A program made the translations under genes and the position numbers. Positions 35,671 through 40,483 of a stretch of 40,483 bases of DNA are shown piece after piece; position 1 is the stretch's first letter; each line of letters begins with the position of its first letter. The DNA is from Chlorokybus atmophyticus. Taxonomy: Eukaryota > Plantae > Mesostigma and Chlorokybus algae. The notes under the pieces are model-generated. The model worked only from the letters and a program-made list of their open reading frames with translations, was not told where the DNA came from and made no database searches. Where the stretch lies: contig RHPI01002888.1 of NCBI GenBank assembly GCA_009103225.1, forward strand, positions 297,916 through 338,398. The letters are read 5' to 3'.

Positions 35671-36342
35671 TGTAACAGTCAAGGCCAAATTCTGTGATTT
35701 TCATGGCCGTTTTAGGCCTTATTTGTAAGGTACATGTTTTTAATGACTTGTGGTGGATATCGGTGAGTTATGAGTCTGCCGCGGATATCGACCGGGGCCC
35801 CAAGACCAGTCCGGAAGGTGCCAGAAAACGGAGGGCCAGTCGAGAAGGGCTCGACCAGATTTCTGGAAGGGCCTGGCGCCAAGTAGTATAACTTGACCAT
35901 ATGAGCAGCAAATTAGGAGATCTTTGGTGCGTTGGAAAGGTCTAGAAGTGTACTACAAGATTCTGCAAGAATATCTTAGCTTCTAGGTCCGTCTAGCGCT
36001 AGAATCGTCTAGACAGTAGCATGTGCAGACTGGTAGGTATAAAAGTGACATTCTACAATTTGCAATACAACCTTTAGCTCCCTAGTTTCTGGTGTGCAAG
36101 CTTGGTGGTGGTTAGCAGGGGTTGCTAGCGTGTGGCTACCGGTGTGTGCTTGCTTGTGTGACGATCCAAGGCGCTACACAAGTCGGTGTGTAGCTTCGAG
36201 CGCATGCGCGTGCGTACGCGAGTGGCGGGGCGCGCGTGTGTGCTTGGCAGAGGGGGCAAGGTTCCGGTGTGAATACCGTGTCTTGGTGAGAGGGTTGTGG
36301 ATTGGACCAACTCACAGGTGACAAGGCACGAGCACCGTCACA
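35671..36342 (+). repeat. 5' LTR
   Basis: TGTAACA...GTCACA, followed 2 nt later by a tRNA-iMet-like PBS. The distal part resembles the LTRs of the 12337-18000 element. Confidence 0.85.
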
Positions 36343-36436
36343 ACTGGTATCGGAGCACGGTTTACGAAGGTGAGAGAGGAAGTGTGTGGGCGTTTACACT
36401 TTTCATTCGGAAGCGGAGTGTAGTGTGTTAGTGGAG

Positions 36437-37465
36437 ATGGAGGATGCTCGCATGGAAGAGCTTCAAGCTGCCATCTTGGCACTGAGGGAAGAGCTTCATC
36501 ACACTCAAGCGGCGGCACAAGCACAACGCGAGGCGTATGAGCATGCGATGGCGCGTGTACAAATTCCCATGGCATCAAGCTCGCGCGTGCATGTGAAGGT
36601 GCCAAAGCCCAAGCCATTCAGGGGTCAACGTGATGGAGATGCAGTGGATGAATGGATTTTTCAAGTATCGTCTTGGTTGAAGCTCACGGAGGTGCCCACG
36701 CATCTGCACGTGGAGGTTGCAGCGACATTGCTTGAAGGTGCAGCACTTGTGTGGTGGAGGCATCGATGTACGCGTGTTGCAAACGGGTTGGCGCTACCAT
36801 TGACCACCATGGAAGAGTTGGCACTGGAGGTCAGGCATCAATTTGTTCCCGTTGAGAGCGTGAAGGCCGCACGCGACAAACTTGCAGCCCTTGTGCAAAT
36901 GGGGTCGGTGATGGCGTACACGGCCGCGTTTCAGCGATTGGTGATGTCCATACCCAATATGACCGAGGAGGAGCAGTTGGACAGGTATACACGTGGTTTA
37001 AAACCTTTGGGGCGTAAAGAAGTGGAGCTACGGGACCCGAAGACACTCGCGGAGGCTATACGCATCGCGGAGCGTCTCGACGCGTTGTACTTCAAGTCCA
37101 CCACAAGAAACACTGACTGGAGGCAAAGGCATGGTGATCAGCCCCGGGGAGGCTTTCAACATGCATGGAGACGAGGAGAACCAAGTTCAGCACTTGCCAA
37201 TGGAGGTGGAGCTGACTCTGGGCCTGCACCAATGGAGGTGGGTGCCATACACACGCATGGAAGTGAGGCGAAGCACGGCGGACGTGGTGAAAGAGGTAAA
37301 GGTGTGCGCAAGTGTTATGCGTGTGGGTCGACGGAGCATTTGGCGTACGGATGCCCCAAACGAAGCACGCAAAGGCCAACACCGGATGGCAACCCTCGCC
37401 GTGATCGTCGCGTCAACACCATGGAGCAAAATGGCGTGGAGCAGGAAAACGACTTCCCCCAGTAG
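36437..37465 (+). CDS. Gag (retrotransposon gag domain + CCHC knuckle)
   Basis: PKPFRGQRD...DEWIF; QMGSVMAYTAAFQRL; YTRGLK; CYACGSTEHLAYGC. Confidence 0.92.
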   Translation: MEDARMEELQAAILALREELHHTQAAAQAQREAYEHAMARVQIPMASSSRVHVKVPKPKPFRGQRDGDAVDEWIFQVSSWLKLTEVPTHLHVEVAATLLEGAALVWWRHRCTRVANGLALPLTTMEELALEVRHQFVPVESVKAARDKLAALVQMGSVMAYTAAFQRLVMSIPNMTEEEQLDRYTRGLKPLGRKEVELRDPKTLAEAIRIAERLDALYFKSTTRNTDWRQRHGDQPRGGFQHAWRRGEPSSALANGGGADSGPAPMEVGAIHTHGSEAKHGGRGERGKGVRKCYACGSTEHLAYGCPKRSTQRPTPDGNPRRDRRVNTMEQNGVEQENDFPQ

Positions 37466-37486
37466 GTGAGGAGGCTACTGCTGGGG
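37444..37486 (+). promoter_or_regulatory. Predicted -1 programmed ribosomal frameshift signal (G GAA AAC + hairpin)
   Basis: Slippery-type heptamer 5 codons before the gag stop, pol in the -1 frame, and a downstream stem CCCC-CAGTAG / CTACTG-CT-GGGG. Equivalent sites occur in two other copies. Confidence 0.7.
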
Positions 37487-40483
37487 ATAGGAAGGAGCCT
37501 CATGCACGGACGGATGCTGTGACATTTCCATTAAAGAAGCAAGAAGAGATGGCTTTGAACGCGCCAATGGTGGTGAGTTATGCAAACGAGGAGACAACAA
37601 AGTACTTCGGGCTTCGAGCACACATTTGCGATGACCAAGGACGATGGAGAGAGTGTAAGCTCATGATTGATAGCGGTGCCAACAGCAACTTCATGAGTAT
37701 TGATATCGCGCGGCGTTACGGTTGGCTTTCGTCATTACGAGGAGGTGAAGTGAAGCTCGCTGATGGAGAGCCACCCTCTGGAGGTGATGGCGCTGCGTTT
37801 ATGACCAAAGAGTTGTGCGTTCGCATTGGGAAGATGAAGGAGAGCATGCGATTTTGCTGCATCACCCTACGGAACGGGTTTGATGGGATTTTGGGACTAC
37901 CGTGGCTATGGCAACATAATCCAGCCATCAATTGGAGGAAGCGCGTGCTCACCATCGAGCGAAACGGTGGAGAGTCCATTCAAGCTGCATCGGACGTCAT
38001 CGAGGCGCGGCACGCACAATTAGGTGGTACGACAATTGCCCAGATCTCTTATGTGCAATTGAGGAAGTTATTGTCTCCACGGAAGGCAAAGGCTGCATGG
38101 TTGTGCGTGGTGCGCGAAAACACTGCAAAGTCAGCACCGGAGCTGAGTGACGATGTTCAGACGGCTACTATGGACCCCGAGGTGTGTAAACTTGTTAAAG
38201 AATACCAAGATATCATGGTGGACGGACTTCCATCTGGTCTACCACCTCCACGGAGCGTAGACCACCGTGTGGAGCTGATTGAGGGCGTGCACAAGCCACC
38301 GTATCGACCCGTATACAAGTTGTCACCTTTGGAACTGGAAGAGGCCGAGAGGCAGGTGGCGGACTTGCTGAAAAGAGGCTACATCAGGCCTAGTAAGTCC
38401 CCCTATGGTGCACCTATTTTGTTTGTACGAAAGAAGAACGGGAGCTTGCGCATGTGCGTCGACTACCGAGCTCTCAACAACATCACGAAGAGGAATTGCT
38501 TTCCACTCCCACGTATCGACGAGTTGCTGGAGCAATTGCAAGGTGCGCAGTACTTCACAACACTTGATCTTGCTGGAGGTTATCACCAAATTCGCATCGC
38601 GCCCGAGGATGTGGAGAAAACAGCTTTTAACACACGTTATGGGCACTACGAGTGGTTGGTCATGTCCTTCGGACTTACGAACGCACCGGCAACATTTCAA
38701 ACGCTTATGAACAGCGTTTTTGCTGACTTGATTGGTAAGGGAGTCCTCGTGTACCTCGACGACATTTTGGTGTACGCGACAACAAAGGAGGAGCACGTGG
38801 CACTTCTACGGCGCGTGTTGCAGCGTTTGCGCGAACACAAGTTGTACGCCCAGCTACAGAAGTGCAAATTCTTGCTTCGAGAGGTGGAGTACCTAGGCCA
38901 CATTGTGTCGCATGAAGGCATCAAGCCGGACCCCAACAAAGTGCAGGTGGTGCGCGAGTGGGCTGCCCCGACCAATGTAAAGGAGGTGATGTCCTTTTTA
39001 GGCCTTGCGGGGTATTATCGCAAGTTTATTATGGGGTTTTCGCGCATAGCTGCTCCCTTGACTACCCTACTCAAGAAGGGAAAGCATTGGAGCTGGTCAG
39101 CAACAGAGGAACATGCATTTGCTGCGTTGAAGAAGGCGCTGACGGAGGCACCAGTCCTGGCTCACCCCAACATGGAAAAGACATTTATTTTGGCTTGCGA
39201 CGCGTCCGACACAGCCGTAGGAGCTGTTTTGCAGCAAGACCATGGCAACGGCCTTCAACCAGTAGCATTCTTCAGCAAAAAGATGAGTGGTGCGGAGCTG
39301 AATTACCCCGTGCACGAGAAGGAACTTTTAGCGCAAGTCATGGCGCTACGACAATGGCGTTGTTTTTTGGAAGGCAAAAAGTTCGTGCTTGAGACGGATC
39401 ACTCTCCACTGAGGTACTTACAAACACAACCTCATCTGAGTCGCAGACAAGCTCGATGGCTTGAGTTCTTTCAACTTTTTGACTTCGATATCAAGTACAA
39501 GCCCGGTACGTCAAATGGTGTTGCTGACGCGCTGAGCCGGCTTAATGCAATTGAGGCACTCGCTCAAGTGCAGCCCGAGTGGACCGACCAGATTCGGCAA
39601 GTGCTTCGTGAAGACACGGAGGGTATGAAAGTGTTGCAAGAGCTGGAAAATACAGCTACGGACACAAGTGGGCACTGGTCAATGCGCGACGGGCTGCTGT
39701 GGCACCATGGGCGCTTGTACATCCCCAACGTCGCGCATATCCGTGTGAAGTTGCTGAAGGAAGCTCATGACGTGCCCATTGCTGGTCACCAAGGGTTGGA
39801 AAGGACTTTGGCAAGCTTAAAACAGCGTTTTTACTGGCGAGAGATGCATCGCGATGTGCGCGACTACGTGGCGTTGTGCGACGCATGCCAAAGGGTGAAG
39901 GCAAGCAACCAAAAGCCAGGTGGGTTGCTGCAACCTCTCCCTGTGCCATTGTCCAAGTGGGAGCAAGTTACCATGGACTTTATCACGGGGCTACCAAAGA
40001 CAAAAGAAGGGTACGACGCTATACTTGTGTTCGTCGATAAAACCAGCAAAATGGTACGCTTGGCACCGTGTAGTGAGTCTTGCACGGCACCGGAGGCAGC
40101 ACGCTTGTTCGTGAAGCATGTATTTCGTTCTCATGGATTACCACGAAGCATTGTGAGTGATCGCGACCCGCGCTTTACAAGTAAGTTTTGGGAGGCGCTG
40201 CATAGTGCACTGGGTACCACACTGAAGTTTAGCACGGCATTCCACCCGCAAACTGATGGGCAAACGGAGCGGGCCAACCGTGTGATCGAGGACATGCTGC
40301 GTTGCTACGTTAACGCGCGACAACACAATTGGGAGGAGCTGCTTGAGTTGGTTGAGTTTGCGATCAACAACCACCACAATGCAAGGACAGGTGTCACCCC
40401 CTTCCTTATGAACTACGGGCAACATCCATTGACACCGTTGACGGCATGGACACCGCGACGACATGACGTGCGTGTGGAGGCAG
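37450..40483 (+). CDS. Pol (protease, RT, RNase H, integrase), -1 frame to gag, open to window end
   Basis: Manually translated with no stops: IDSGA, RMCVDYRALN, YLDD, CDASD, HQG...CDAC, MDF, SDRD, QTERANR. Confidence 0.93.

Larger units (their letters stand above)
35671..40483 (+). mobile_element. Ty3/Gypsy chromovirus-family element, coding regions intact within window, truncated by window end
   Basis: LTR 35671-36342, PBS TGGTATCGGAGC 36345-36356, gag and an uninterrupted pol. Confidence 0.93.

Overview
Eukaryotic genomic DNA, most likely from a streptophyte (charophyte-grade) green alga. This is inferred from a plant-type PRONE RopGEF, a DNMT-bearing Gypsy element and GT/CA-rich spliceosomal introns. 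The left 24 kb holds two apparently intact, paralogous 11-exon cytochrome P450 genes (471-3279 and 20914-23696). Between them lie a divergent minus-strand RopGEF (PRONE) gene, a rearranged P450 pseudogene, a decayed full-length chromovirus (12337-18000, TSD CCAAG) and an unexplained AT-rich island with palindromes and a motif array. The right 16 kb is a nested retrotransposon stack. A minus-strand chromovirus relic is split by a ~9.9 kb Ty3/Gypsy element, whose pol carries a DNMT3-like C5 cytosine methyltransferase upstream of RT and a PHD finger after the integrase. That element's gag is interrupted by a young 2 kb non-autonomous Copia. An apparently intact plus-strand chromovirus is inserted in the relic's gag and runs off the window end. 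The most notable item is the methyltransferase + PHD retrotransposon (now degraded), followed by the atypical RopGEF. All calls come from reading the sequence by eye; no database searches were run.
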